This document shows positions 17,489-26,222 of a stretch of 34,182 nucleotides of DNA, one piece after another. The position numbers and the translations under genes were made by a program. The notes under the pieces were generated by a model. The model was not told the origin of the DNA. It saw only the letters and a program-made list of their open reading frames with translations, and made no database searches. The stretch is from a virus. Lineage: Duplodnaviria > Caudoviricetes. How positions within the stretch are numbered: position 1 is the first letter of the stretch; every line of letters begins with the position of its first letter. The stretch spans positions 1 through 34,182 of IMG/VR virus record IMGVR_UViG_3300027754_000261. The stretch is one strand, 5' to 3'.

Positions 17489-17871
17489 TGGCCTCTCTTG
17501 ACGATATCCTGACGACGCAGAAGAACGGCGTTCTGTCGATCAACGGCCTCGGCCAGCTTTTCCGCGGCTACATCGGAACGGTCACGTCGGTAACCGTGGC
17601 GGCGTCGACGCTGATCGTCGTCGGCTCCGGTCGCTTGGTGAACTTCTCGATCACCGTCGTCGGCACGACCAACGGGTTCATCCACAACAGCCTGACGGTC
17701 GCGGGGGCCACCGCGGCGAATGCGCTGTGCGCAGTGCCCATGCCGAGCACGACCGCCGATCACCCGTACCCGGGGATTGGCGTATTCCCGGTGAATGCTG
17801 TATTCGACAAAGGATTGGTGATTGTTCCTGGCACGGGTCAAAAACTCAATGTCACTTACTCGCTGATCTAG
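17488..17871 (+). CDS. Virion protein of unknown function
   Basis: Real start is the TAATG-coupled ATG at 17488 (MASLDDILTTQKNGV), beta-rich. Confidence 0.75.
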   Translation: MASLDDILTTQKNGVLSINGLGQLFRGYIGTVTSVTVAASTLIVVGSGRLVNFSITVVGTTNGFIHNSLTVAGATAANALCAVPMPSTTADHPYPGIGVFPVNAVFDKGLVIVPGTGQKLNVTYSLI

Positions 17872-17872
17872 C

Positions 17873-18307
17873 ATGACAACGAACCGCGGAGCCAGCCAGG
17901 ACGCTTTGCGCATTGCCCGCGCCGAAGGCGGCGCCGTCACCAAGACCCATGCCGGTGCCATCCATAGCCCCGTCTCCGGGCGCACGGACCATTTGCCCAC
18001 GCACGTTGCGAGCGGATCGTACGTCATCCCTGCCGATATCATTTCTGCGATGGGCGAGGGGAATACGATGGCTGGCTTCAAGGTCGCCGACCGCATGTTC
18101 CCGGGGCCGACCGGCGCGATCCCGATGAACGGTAGCTCCGTCCCCGTCGTTGTCGCTGGCGGGGAGTACGTCATCCACCCGGACACGATTGCGTCCAAGT
18201 GGGGCTCGCTCGACGACGGGCACCGGACGCTCGATGAATTCGTCAAGCAGATGCGCGCAAAAACAGTGAAAACGCTCCAGGCTCTGCCTGGGCCAAAAAG
18301 GGATTGA
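17873..18307 (+). CDS. Small protein: AxGG tag plus two copies of a P..V..G[SE]YVI..D.I module
   Basis: RAEGGAV...SGRTDHLPTHVASGSYVIPADII...SVPVVVAGGEYVIHPDTI, resembling the GTSDSIPAxLSNGEFV module of tape-measure proteins. Confidence 0.8.
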   Translation: MTTNRGASQDALRIARAEGGAVTKTHAGAIHSPVSGRTDHLPTHVASGSYVIPADIISAMGEGNTMAGFKVADRMFPGPTGAIPMNGSSVPVVVAGGEYVIHPDTIASKWGSLDDGHRTLDEFVKQMRAKTVKTLQALPGPKRD

Positions 18308-18309
18308 AC

Positions 18310-18813
18310 ATGGATGAAAACTTGAAGGTCTACGTTGGCGGCACCAGTGACGTCGACGCCGTCATGGAGCTTGCTATCGCCGCAAGCAAGGAGAACGGGT
18401 TCGTCAACCCGAACCCGTTGCGACTGCTCGGAGAAATCTGGCCCGCGCTCGCGCGTGACCACGGCATCGTCGGCCTGATCGGCGCCGACCGCAAGAAGCT
18501 CGAGGGGCTCGTTCTCCTGCGCATCGGCAAGCTCTGGTACTCGGACGACGACATCCTCGAGGAGAAGGCCATCTTCATCCACCCGGACTTCCGCAGTGCA
18601 AAGGGCGGTCGCGCCCGCCGCCTGTGCGAGTTCAGCAAAAAGGTGGCAGACAACTTGGAAATCCCCCTGATCATCGGCGTCCTGAGCAACGACAGGACCG
18701 AAGGCAAAATCAGGATGTACGAGCGGCAATTTGGTAGGCCTAGCGGGGCGTTTTTCCTGTATAGAGCGAAGACTGGTTTCCTGAGGGAAGAAACGCATGA
18801 GCGGCAAAACTAG
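18310..18813 (+). CDS. GNAT-fold acetyltransferase-like protein of the ejection module
   Basis: DVDAVMEL, LEEKAIFIHPDFRSAKGGRARRL (acyl-CoA motif A-like), RMYERQFG. Start at ATG 18310 or TTG 18304. Confidence 0.75.
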   Translation: MDENLKVYVGGTSDVDAVMELAIAASKENGFVNPNPLRLLGEIWPALARDHGIVGLIGADRKKLEGLVLLRIGKLWYSDDDILEEKAIFIHPDFRSAKGGRARRLCEFSKKVADNLEIPLIIGVLSNDRTEGKIRMYERQFGRPSGAFFLYRAKTGFLREETHERQN

Positions 18814-21800
18814 CACCAGTACCAGCGGCGTATCGATCCCGAAGGAAGTTCTGGCTCGGTACAATGCTGTCAACACGCAGGCGCAGAGCGTAGCGCAGCA
18901 GCCGTTCACGCAGTACAGCCAAGACCCGAACGCCTTCGTCGCGCCGCTGAATGAGACGCAGGCAGCGGGCATCAACGCGGTCAACGCCAACGCTGGCTCC
19001 CCCGACCCATACTTCCAGGGCGCCACGCAGACGCTGACCGGCGGCGCGCAGGCGGCGATGCCCCTGTACGAGCAGGCCACTGGCCTCGCTGGCGAGGGCG
19101 GACAAGCTGTCGCGCCGGGCGAACTCGACATCGGCAAATACCAGAATCCGTATATCGACAGCGTCGTCAATAGCACGCTCGCGAACCAGCGCCAGCAACA
19201 GGCGGAGGAGCGGCAGGGGCTCACCAGCAACGCAATTACCTCCGGCGCTTTCGGCGGCGACCGCGTCGGCTTGGCGCGCGCCAACATGGCGAAGCAGCAG
19301 AACATGGCGACGGCGCAGACCGAAGCCGGGCTGCGCAGCGAAGCATTCAACACCGGCCTCGGCGCGGCACAGCAGCAGCAGGGCGTCAGCTTGGCCGCAG
19401 AGCAGGCGAACCGCGCCGCCAAGGCAGCGGAAGCCGGTCAGGTCCAGGGCATCGGCAAAGACATCTACAGCATCGGCTCCGGCGTCAGCCAGGGATTGGC
19501 CGGGTTGGGCGCCGGGCAGCAACAGGCGGCTCTCACCGGGGCGCAGGCGCAGCTTTCCGCGGGCACCGCGCAGCAGCAGACGGAGCAGGCTGGCAAGTCG
19601 GCCATGTACAACCAGTTCCTGCAGCAGCAGGGCTACCCGTTCCAGACGACGCAATTCTTGGCGAACATCGCCGAGGGCACCGGCGCTTTGTCCGGCTCGA
19701 ACACGTCGCAGACGCAGCCGTCTTCGTTCTTCTCGGATGAGCGGCTCAAGGAAGACATCGAGCCCATCGGCGAGACCTACGACGGCCAGAAAATCTACAA
19801 GTACCGCTACAAGGGCCAAGAGGGGAAGCAGATCGGTCTTGTCGCTCAGGACGTTGAGCGCAAGCACCCGGACGCCGTCGGCTCTTCGCAGGGCTTCAAG
19901 ACGGTCGATTACGACGCCGCGACGAAAGATTCGGCCAGCATGGGCGGCGGCGTGACCGCGGGGCGCGCCGGTCAGGCGTTCGCGGCTGGTGGGGCAGCGG
20001 AAGACGACGGCATGGCGCAGGTCATGGCGATCCTGACGCAGCACCGTCAGCAGTACCCGTACGGCAACACCGGCCTGTACGGCATCCCCGACACCGAGAA
20101 GTATGGGCCGTTCAAGACGGTGCTCGACACCACCCGTCGCAGCGGGCCGAAGCCAGAGCCTGCCGAGCGGCACCCGTTGAATTACGTCATCAATCTTCCT
20201 GACATCAAGGACAATGCCCAATACGCGCGCGGCGGGCGCGCCGGTCTTGCTACCGGCGGGAGTGCCAGCGACGATTACTTCGAGCGCGTCCTGGCTATGC
20301 AGCGCGCCATGTACGGCAACTCGGAGCCGAAGGGCGGCGTCAGCTACAGCATCCCGCAGAGCGCGCCTCCGCAGCGCCAGCTTTTGCGCCCGGAGCGCAT
20401 CGAAGACCCGAGCCGGACCACCGGCAGCGACATTTCGTCCGCGGCGAGCACCGGCAAGAACATCGCCGATCTGTGGAGCCTCGGCAAAGCCTTCTTCGCC
20501 GACGGCGGCGTCGCGGGGCGCGGCAGGTTCGCCGACGGCGGGGTGCCGGACAGTTGGGTAGGGCCGCGGCTCCCGGATGACCGGCTGACCGATGCAGAGC
20601 TCGCTGCACAGAACGAGGCCCGCATTGCTGGATTTGATGCTGGCAACCGCTTGCCGCGCGAACTGCGCAACCCTGGCGTAAACGTACCCGTGCCTGCAGC
20701 CGATCAAGCCGCTGCGGCTATCGCGCAGTCGACGTCACTGCCTGGGTACGCTCGCGTTACCCCTAATGGTATCCTCCGCCCTAGCTCCCAGGTAACCCCT
20801 GGCATCGGCGGAGGCGCGCAGCCGGTATCGTTTAGCACGCAAGCAAAGCGCCCTCCTGGCACCGGCCTTCTCGCTCCTGGGGCGTGGGGCGCTGCCACAG
20901 CAAACGGCGACATCGCCCGTCGCCCTGACGCAGATGCCGAAACGCGCACACGCCTGAATATCGGACTCGACGCGGCCAATGCTGGCGTTGAATGGGGCAT
21001 GCGTAAAGTCTGGAATGGCGCAAAGGGCGTGTATGAATGGGTCAATGGCGTGCCGCCGAGCTTCGTAGATACCCTCAGCCCGGATACTCCGGTCCACCCT
21101 GGGCCGAGGCGCGAACCTCGCGCCTTCAACGACACATTCTTGCCGGAAGGCGGAGAGCCTGTAGTCCTAACCGACGAACAAAAGGCAGGCATGGCTGACA
21201 TCGCAGCGCAGCGCGCTGCCGACAACGCGGGCCCGCTCGATGCGCAATTCCGCGCGCAGCAAGACGCCGTCGCGCAAAATAATGTCGGGTATGCTCCGCG
21301 CACCGACGCCACGCCAAGCCCCGCAGTAACGGTCCCTGGCGGCTTGGGGGGCGCGGCTACTCCGGGCGGCGCCACGCCGACCGCAGTTACCGGCGGCGTA
21401 GCGCCCGCTGTCGACACCGATATGACGCAGGCCGTCGCCGCGGGGGCACCTACGGCGCAGCCCGGCTCACCGGCACCGGTTGCTACTGTTCCGCCTCCGG
21501 TCGCCCCTAGTGTCGCGAGCGGAGCATCGTCCGGTTCCGGCTCCGCCCCCGCGGGGCTCAAGCCGCTTAACGTCTCTGTCGAGTCGCCGACTGCGCAAGC
21601 CCAAGGCCTCGCCGCCGCCGCCCGCGCCAAGGCAAATGAACCGCCGCCGCCTCCGCCGAAGATGTCCATGGAAAGCTGGCTCGTGCCTCTCCTGTCTGGC
21701 CTCGGCGCCATGGCAAGCTCGCCGAGCCGCTACCTCGGCGCAGCGATCCTGCAGGGTGCTGCGGGCGCCGCCACTGGCTACGAGACGGTGCAGAAGAACA

Positions 21801-22906
21801 TCACGGATCGCTCGAAGACGATGTCCGACATCGCGCAGAATGCGCAGAACTCAGACATGGGGACCGTCATTGCCTACGGTAAGGACGGACAGGCGGTGAT
21901 GCTGCGCCAAGACCAATATTTCGCGGCGCCCAAAGGGACGTACTCTCTAACCCCACCCGGTTCTCGTGGCGCGGGTGCCGCCGCGGTGGCGGCGCCTCAA
22001 GTGACCGCGGCGGCCCAGCCGAGCGCGGCTGCCGCTGTTCCCGGCGCTGCCCCAGCCGCGGAAGGCGCCGCCCCAACTGCGGGCGCTGCCGCTGCCGCTG
22101 CGGCGGTGCCGCCAATGGCGTCGCTCCGAGCCCTATCGAGCGACACAGAAAAGCTAATCGACGCCGACATCGACGAGATGCTTAAGCAGCCTGCGGCGTA
22201 CACGCGACCGCAAGTTTTTGACACCCCGACCCACACCGCCGCACTGACCGCTGCGGCAGCAGATGGGCGCGCGGCGTCATTCGTGCGCGGGCCCACGATG
22301 AACCTACTCGCTGCGTTGGATGCAGAGCCTATTGGCGGCTCGCTCGCAGAGAATCTTGCCCCCGCAGCCAAGATGGCGTCGAGCTTGCTAGACGCCCTTG
22401 GCGTCCCGCACAGTGTCTTGAGTAGCCCGCACGACCTAACCAAATACCAAGAGGAAATCCAAAAGGCCACGGCGCAGTTGGGGACGGGAGAAGTGGCAAA
22501 GAGCGTAGAGGCTCTTGTGACCAAGCTCGGCTCTATGCCGAGCGGCGCAACGAGTAAGGCCGCGCTTCCAATCCTTGGCGCGTCTGTGCAGGTAAATATG
22601 CAAAGACTGCTTGATAAGCAGCAGTTTGCCGCGTTGTGGCAACAGAGGGCGGCTGCAAAAAACTCTGGCCTAGCCCAATATTCCGGGCAGCGGATGGACA
22701 CTGAGTTCGACCGCGTATACGCGGCTCGGTACGCCAAGGAGCAAGAGGAGCTAGCTAAAATGTACGGTGGCCATATCGCTGGCCAACCGGCCATCGATTA
22801 CCTGACGAAAAACGCCGCCAAATTGAGTCCGGGGCTAAAGCAATTCGTCATCACCACGTACGGCGGCGGCGATGAGGATTTCTTGCGTTATTTCGGGGTC
22901 AAGTAA
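18797..22906 (+). CDS. Internal virion/DNA ejection protein with internal peptidase S74 autocleavage domain
   Basis: Gln/Ala-rich pilot-like N-terminus (YQNPY, GAFGGDR, QQQGYP). SDERLKEDI..IYKYRYKG..IGLVAQDVE..PDAV..VDY at ~19733-19918. LLSGLGAMASSPS hydrophobic segment later. Confidence 0.85.
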   Translation: MSGKTSTSTSGVSIPKEVLARYNAVNTQAQSVAQQPFTQYSQDPNAFVAPLNETQAAGINAVNANAGSPDPYFQGATQTLTGGAQAAMPLYEQATGLAGEGGQAVAPGELDIGKYQNPYIDSVVNSTLANQRQQQAEERQGLTSNAITSGAFGGDRVGLARANMAKQQNMATAQTEAGLRSEAFNTGLGAAQQQQGVSLAAEQANRAAKAAEAGQVQGIGKDIYSIGSGVSQGLAGLGAGQQQAALTGAQAQLSAGTAQQQTEQAGKSAMYNQFLQQQGYPFQTTQFLANIAEGTGALSGSNTSQTQPSSFFSDERLKEDIEPIGETYDGQKIYKYRYKGQEGKQIGLVAQDVERKHPDAVGSSQGFKTVDYDAATKDSASMGGGVTAGRAGQAFAAGGAAEDDGMAQVMAILTQHRQQYPYGNTGLYGIPDTEKYGPFKTVLDTTRRSGPKPEPAERHPLNYVINLPDIKDNAQYARGGRAGLATGGSASDDYFERVLAMQRAMYGNSEPKGGVSYSIPQSAPPQRQLLRPERIEDPSRTTGSDISSAASTGKNIADLWSLGKAFFADGGVAGRGRFADGGVPDSWVGPRLPDDRLTDAELAAQNEARIAGFDAGNRLPRELRNPGVNVPVPAADQAAAAIAQSTSLPGYARVTPNGILRPSSQVTPGIGGGAQPVSFSTQAKRPPGTGLLAPGAWGAATANGDIARRPDADAETRTRLNIGLDAANAGVEWGMRKVWNGAKGVYEWVNGVPPSFVDTLSPDTPVHPGPRREPRAFNDTFLPEGGEPVVLTDEQKAGMADIAAQRAADNAGPLDAQFRAQQDAVAQNNVGYAPRTDATPSPAVTVPGGLGGAATPGGATPTAVTGGVAPAVDTDMTQAVAAGAPTAQPGSPAPVATVPPPVAPSVASGASSGSGSAPAGLKPLNVSVESPTAQAQGLAAAARAKANEPPPPPPKMSMESWLVPLLSGLGAMASSPSRYLGAAILQGAAGAATGYETVQKNITDRSKTMSDIAQNAQNSDMGTVIAYGKDGQAVMLRQDQYFAAPKGTYSLTPPGSRGAGAAAVAAPQVTAAAQPSAAAAVPGAAPAAEGAAPTAGAAAAAAAVPPMASLRALSSDTEKLIDADIDEMLKQPAAYTRPQVFDTPTHTAALTAAAADGRAASFVRGPTMNLLAALDAEPIGGSLAENLAPAAKMASSLLDALGVPHSVLSSPHDLTKYQEEIQKATAQLGTGEVAKSVEALVTKLGSMPSGATSKAALPILGASVQVNMQRLLDKQQFAALWQQRAAAKNSGLAQYSGQRMDTEFDRVYAARYAKEQEELAKMYGGHIAGQPAIDYLTKNAAKLSPGLKQFVITTYGGGDEDFLRYFGVK

Positions 22907-25183
22907 ATGGCTGAGCCGATGAATGTTGACGCAAACGGAAACCCCGTAAGCGGTGGCGCTACGTCAGCGCCCGCGGACGGCGCGGCGCGCCAGACGCGCC
23001 TAAATGTTACCGCGGACGGCGTGCCTATCCCAGACGTTCCCGACGTAGCGCCCGTGCGCCACACCGCGCCCGTGCCGGACAAAGAAAGGACCATGTCCGA
23101 AGTCGGCGCTCGGGCCAAGGAGACGTACAAGCAGGACGCAGCCGATACGCGGGCTGAGTACGGATACTTGGCGCGTCATCCGGTCGACACAGCGAAGGCT
23201 GTCGGTCAGTTCGGCGTCGACTTGGCCAAAGGGGTGGCCTCCAAAGGTGTGGGGGCCATTGGCGTCAAGCAAGACCCGCAGGCGAAGGCTGCCGCAGAGG
23301 GCGTGCTGAACGCCCTCATCGATAGCCCGCACCCGTGGCTCAAAGCATTGACCGGGGATACGAAAGACCTGAAGAACGAACTTGCCGAGCGCCCTGTCCA
23401 CGCGCTCCTCGACGTCGCGTCGATGCTCCCCGTCGTTGGGCAGGTTGGTAAGGGGATAAAGACTGTCGGGGAAGTTTCCAAAATCCCCGGGCTCGCGCGT
23501 GCCGCGAGCGCAGTAACGAAAGCATCTGAACTTGCCAACCCGGCTAACCTTGCCGCGAAGGTAGCCGGTAAGGTTGGTGAGGCGGCGATGTATGTGCCGC
23601 GCACCGCGGCGTGGGTAGCGAGCGGCGTACCGGTCAAAGTGCAGAAGACAATCTCATCCGTCGCCCGCGGCACAAAAGCCCAGAAGGCCGCGTTCGCCGT
23701 TTCCAATTCAGGCGACGCTAGGCCGCTATTCAACGCAGCGTTGGGCGCGTACAACGACATCATCAACAAAAACGTAGCCACGCATGAGGCGAAGATCGCT
23801 GCGATGGGTGCTGGCGCGCCGAAGATGGATTGGGGCACGATCCAACAGGAAGTGAACGACGCCCGCGTGAGCTACTCCGCGCACGGCCCGCGCACGCTCG
23901 AGTACGAGGAAGAGCACAAGGCCCTGGACAAGATCGAGGCGCTGATCGCTTCAAAGGTCGCATACCAAAACCGATATCGCATCGCCCCTACTTTTCTTGA
24001 CTTCAACAAAATCAAGGAAACTATCAAAGACATCGGCCATCTGGACACCGGCAGTAAGAACCCGGCTGCGATGCGCATATACCACAAGATCAATAGCGAG
24101 CTTGAGTCTAAGCACCCGGACTACATGACCGAGATGCGCGCATCGCAAGACCAGATTGCCCACATGAAGGCAATCGCGTCGGCTACCGGGGCGCGCCCCG
24201 GCGGCAACGAAGTTGCCGCACTAGCGAAGATGATGCGCTCGGAGAAATCGCCGAGCGGGCGTCTGCTGATCGATGAACTATCTGCGCGCGATCCGATGAT
24301 CCCGTTCATGTTGGCTGGCCATGCAACGAGCGAGTGGGCGCGCCACGGAGCGTTCGCTGACTTGGTGCGCCATACTGTTGGCCCCGCGTCGGTCTACGGT
24401 GGGTTCGTCCCATCCGCCATCGGGGCGTTGGCGGCGTCATCTCCTAAGCTGATCGGAAAAGCCAACTATGCCATCGGTCGGGCCGCAGCAGGCCTGAACA
24501 GCGCGGCTAACGCGGCACCCGCAGTGGCTGGCGCCACGTACTTGGCGACCGGGCAACAGAAGCCGGACGCGAGCGCGGGCAGCGGTGTCCAGAACACATC
24601 TGACGTGTTCGCCCGCGTCCTGCAGGCCGAGAGCGGCAACCAACAGTTCGACAAGAGCGGCGCGACGATCACGTCGCCTAAGGGCGCGATCGGCGCCGCG
24701 CAGATCATGCTCAGCACCGGGCCCGAGGCAGCGAAGCTCGCGGGGCTCCCGTGGGACGCGAACCGCTTGCGTACCGACGCCGCCTATAACCGTAAGTTGG
24801 GGCACGCATATTTCAACAAGATGAGGAAGGACTTCGGCGACACTGCCGCCGCTCTAGCTGCGTACAACGCTGGCCCGGGTGCCGTGCGCCGCGCCATGGA
24901 GAAGGCCAAGACGACCGGCCAGAACTTTCTGGATCTGCTGCCGCGGGAGACGCAGGACTACGTCCACAAGATCATGGGCGGCACCCGCGCAGCGGCCTCC
25001 GGCGGGCGCGTACAGCGTGCTTCAGGCGGGCGGGCGGGGATTGACCCAGTGGCCGAGGCGAAGGCCCTGTGCGCTCTCGCCGAGAGCAGCAAGCGCGATC
25101 ATGGCGAGGATACGAAGCCTCTGCTAAAAGCTCACGACGACACGATCACCAATGCCCTGGCCATAGCCAGCAAAACGATCTGA
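22907..25183 (+). CDS. Internal virion/ejection protein with C-terminal lytic transglycosylase (SLT) domain
   Basis: QAESG, SPKGAIGAAQIM, ALAAYNAGPGAV, ETQDYV at ~24604-24975. Confidence 0.9.
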   Translation: MAEPMNVDANGNPVSGGATSAPADGAARQTRLNVTADGVPIPDVPDVAPVRHTAPVPDKERTMSEVGARAKETYKQDAADTRAEYGYLARHPVDTAKAVGQFGVDLAKGVASKGVGAIGVKQDPQAKAAAEGVLNALIDSPHPWLKALTGDTKDLKNELAERPVHALLDVASMLPVVGQVGKGIKTVGEVSKIPGLARAASAVTKASELANPANLAAKVAGKVGEAAMYVPRTAAWVASGVPVKVQKTISSVARGTKAQKAAFAVSNSGDARPLFNAALGAYNDIINKNVATHEAKIAAMGAGAPKMDWGTIQQEVNDARVSYSAHGPRTLEYEEEHKALDKIEALIASKVAYQNRYRIAPTFLDFNKIKETIKDIGHLDTGSKNPAAMRIYHKINSELESKHPDYMTEMRASQDQIAHMKAIASATGARPGGNEVAALAKMMRSEKSPSGRLLIDELSARDPMIPFMLAGHATSEWARHGAFADLVRHTVGPASVYGGFVPSAIGALAASSPKLIGKANYAIGRAAAGLNSAANAAPAVAGATYLATGQQKPDASAGSGVQNTSDVFARVLQAESGNQQFDKSGATITSPKGAIGAAQIMLSTGPEAAKLAGLPWDANRLRTDAAYNRKLGHAYFNKMRKDFGDTAAALAAYNAGPGAVRRAMEKAKTTGQNFLDLLPRETQDYVHKIMGGTRAAASGGRVQRASGGRAGIDPVAEAKALCALAESSKRDHGEDTKPLLKAHDDTITNALAIASKTI

Positions 25184-25191
25184 GGTAAGCC

Positions 25192-25896
25192 ATGGCTAGT
25201 TCCTACACGACCAACAAGCGCATCGAGAAGCCCGCGAACAACGACGACATTGATACGTGGGACGTACCAGTAAACGCCGACTGGGACATCATCGACGCCG
25301 CCCTCGGCGGGAAGACGTCGTTCAACGTCACCGGGCAGTCTGGCACGATTGTGCTCGCTGCCGCAGACTACCGACCGGCGCAGTTTGTGTTCACTGGAGT
25401 GCTCACGGCGGCTGTGTCGTATCAAGTGCCGTCGGGCGTTGGCGGCACCTGGGTCGTGATCAATAGCACGACCGGCTCGTTCAACCTGAACATCACGAAC
25501 GCTGGCAGCGGCACTTCCGTGACGCTCGCTGCTGGCTCGACCATAGTTGTGTCTGACGGCACCAACATTCGCCTAGCGATCCCCGCGGCGCCCGTCTCCG
25601 GCGGCATCACTTGGTCGGTGATCACCAGCAACACGACCGCGGTGGCGGCGAACGGCTACATGGCCAACACTGCCAGCGGCGTGTTCACGCTCACACTGCC
25701 AGCGGCGCCGTCTGTCGGCGATTACGTCGCGGTTATCGACGCCACGGGCACCTTCGGAACTTTCGCGCTGACGATTGGGCGCAACGCTCTGAATATCCAG
25801 GGCGCCGCAGCGGACCTAACGTGTGATGTCAGCGGGCAGTCGTTCGGCTTGGTATACGAAGGCGTCGCTGCCGGGTGGCGCGTTACCTACGTTTAG
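25192..25896 (+). CDS. Short tail fibre/adaptor-like structural protein
   Basis: GAGGT RBS. MASSYTTN..IEKP..W...N.W..ID N-terminal anchor pattern and a C-terminal gp34-like repeat paralogous to that of 11745-13301. Confidence 0.8.
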   Translation: MASSYTTNKRIEKPANNDDIDTWDVPVNADWDIIDAALGGKTSFNVTGQSGTIVLAAADYRPAQFVFTGVLTAAVSYQVPSGVGGTWVVINSTTGSFNLNITNAGSGTSVTLAAGSTIVVSDGTNIRLAIPAAPVSGGITWSVITSNTTAVAANGYMANTASGVFTLTLPAAPSVGDYVAVIDATGTFGTFALTIGRNALNIQGAAADLTCDVSGQSFGLVYEGVAAGWRVTYV

Positions 25897-26167
25897 TTTC
25901 CGTCGTGAACCGCTTCGGCGGGGCGTCAAGGTGCATCTGCACTTTGCCGATGCAGGCCGTATTGATGATCAGCTTCCCGCGGCTCTGCCAGTCTTGAGTG
26001 TCGGAGTCGCGCTCGCTCATGTTGTAGAACTGATCGACGATGATGAAATTGTAGTCGTTGAGAGCGATGCACATGTCCTCTTCGGACGCGCATTCGTAGT
26101 CACCGATGACTTGGTGTACGGCGCTCCCCTTGAACGACGGCATGTTTAGAGTGAATAGGAAGCGCAC
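25883..26167 (-). CDS. Hypothetical phage protein
   Basis: AGGAG RBS upstream of GTG, last gene of the - strand operon, overlaps the convergent gene by 14 nt. Confidence 0.7.
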   Translation of the reverse strand: MRFLFTLNMPSFKGSAVHQVIGDYECASEEDMCIALNDYNFIIVDQFYNMSERDSDTQDWQSRGKLIINTACIGKVQMHLDAPPKRFTTETKRR

Positions 26168-26222
26168 TGGTTATCTCCTTCAATCAGCGTACGGCATTGC
26201 TACAGGGAGCGCGCGGCGGCTG

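Noticed and set aside
18595-18615. SAKGGRA in the GNAT as a tag copy
   Set aside because: It falls in the acyl-CoA-binding loop where Gly/Arg are expected, so it was not counted.
25910-25921. CCGC-TTCG-GCGG hairpin as terminator at the convergent junction
   Set aside because: Only a 4-bp stem, no U-tract, inside a coding region.
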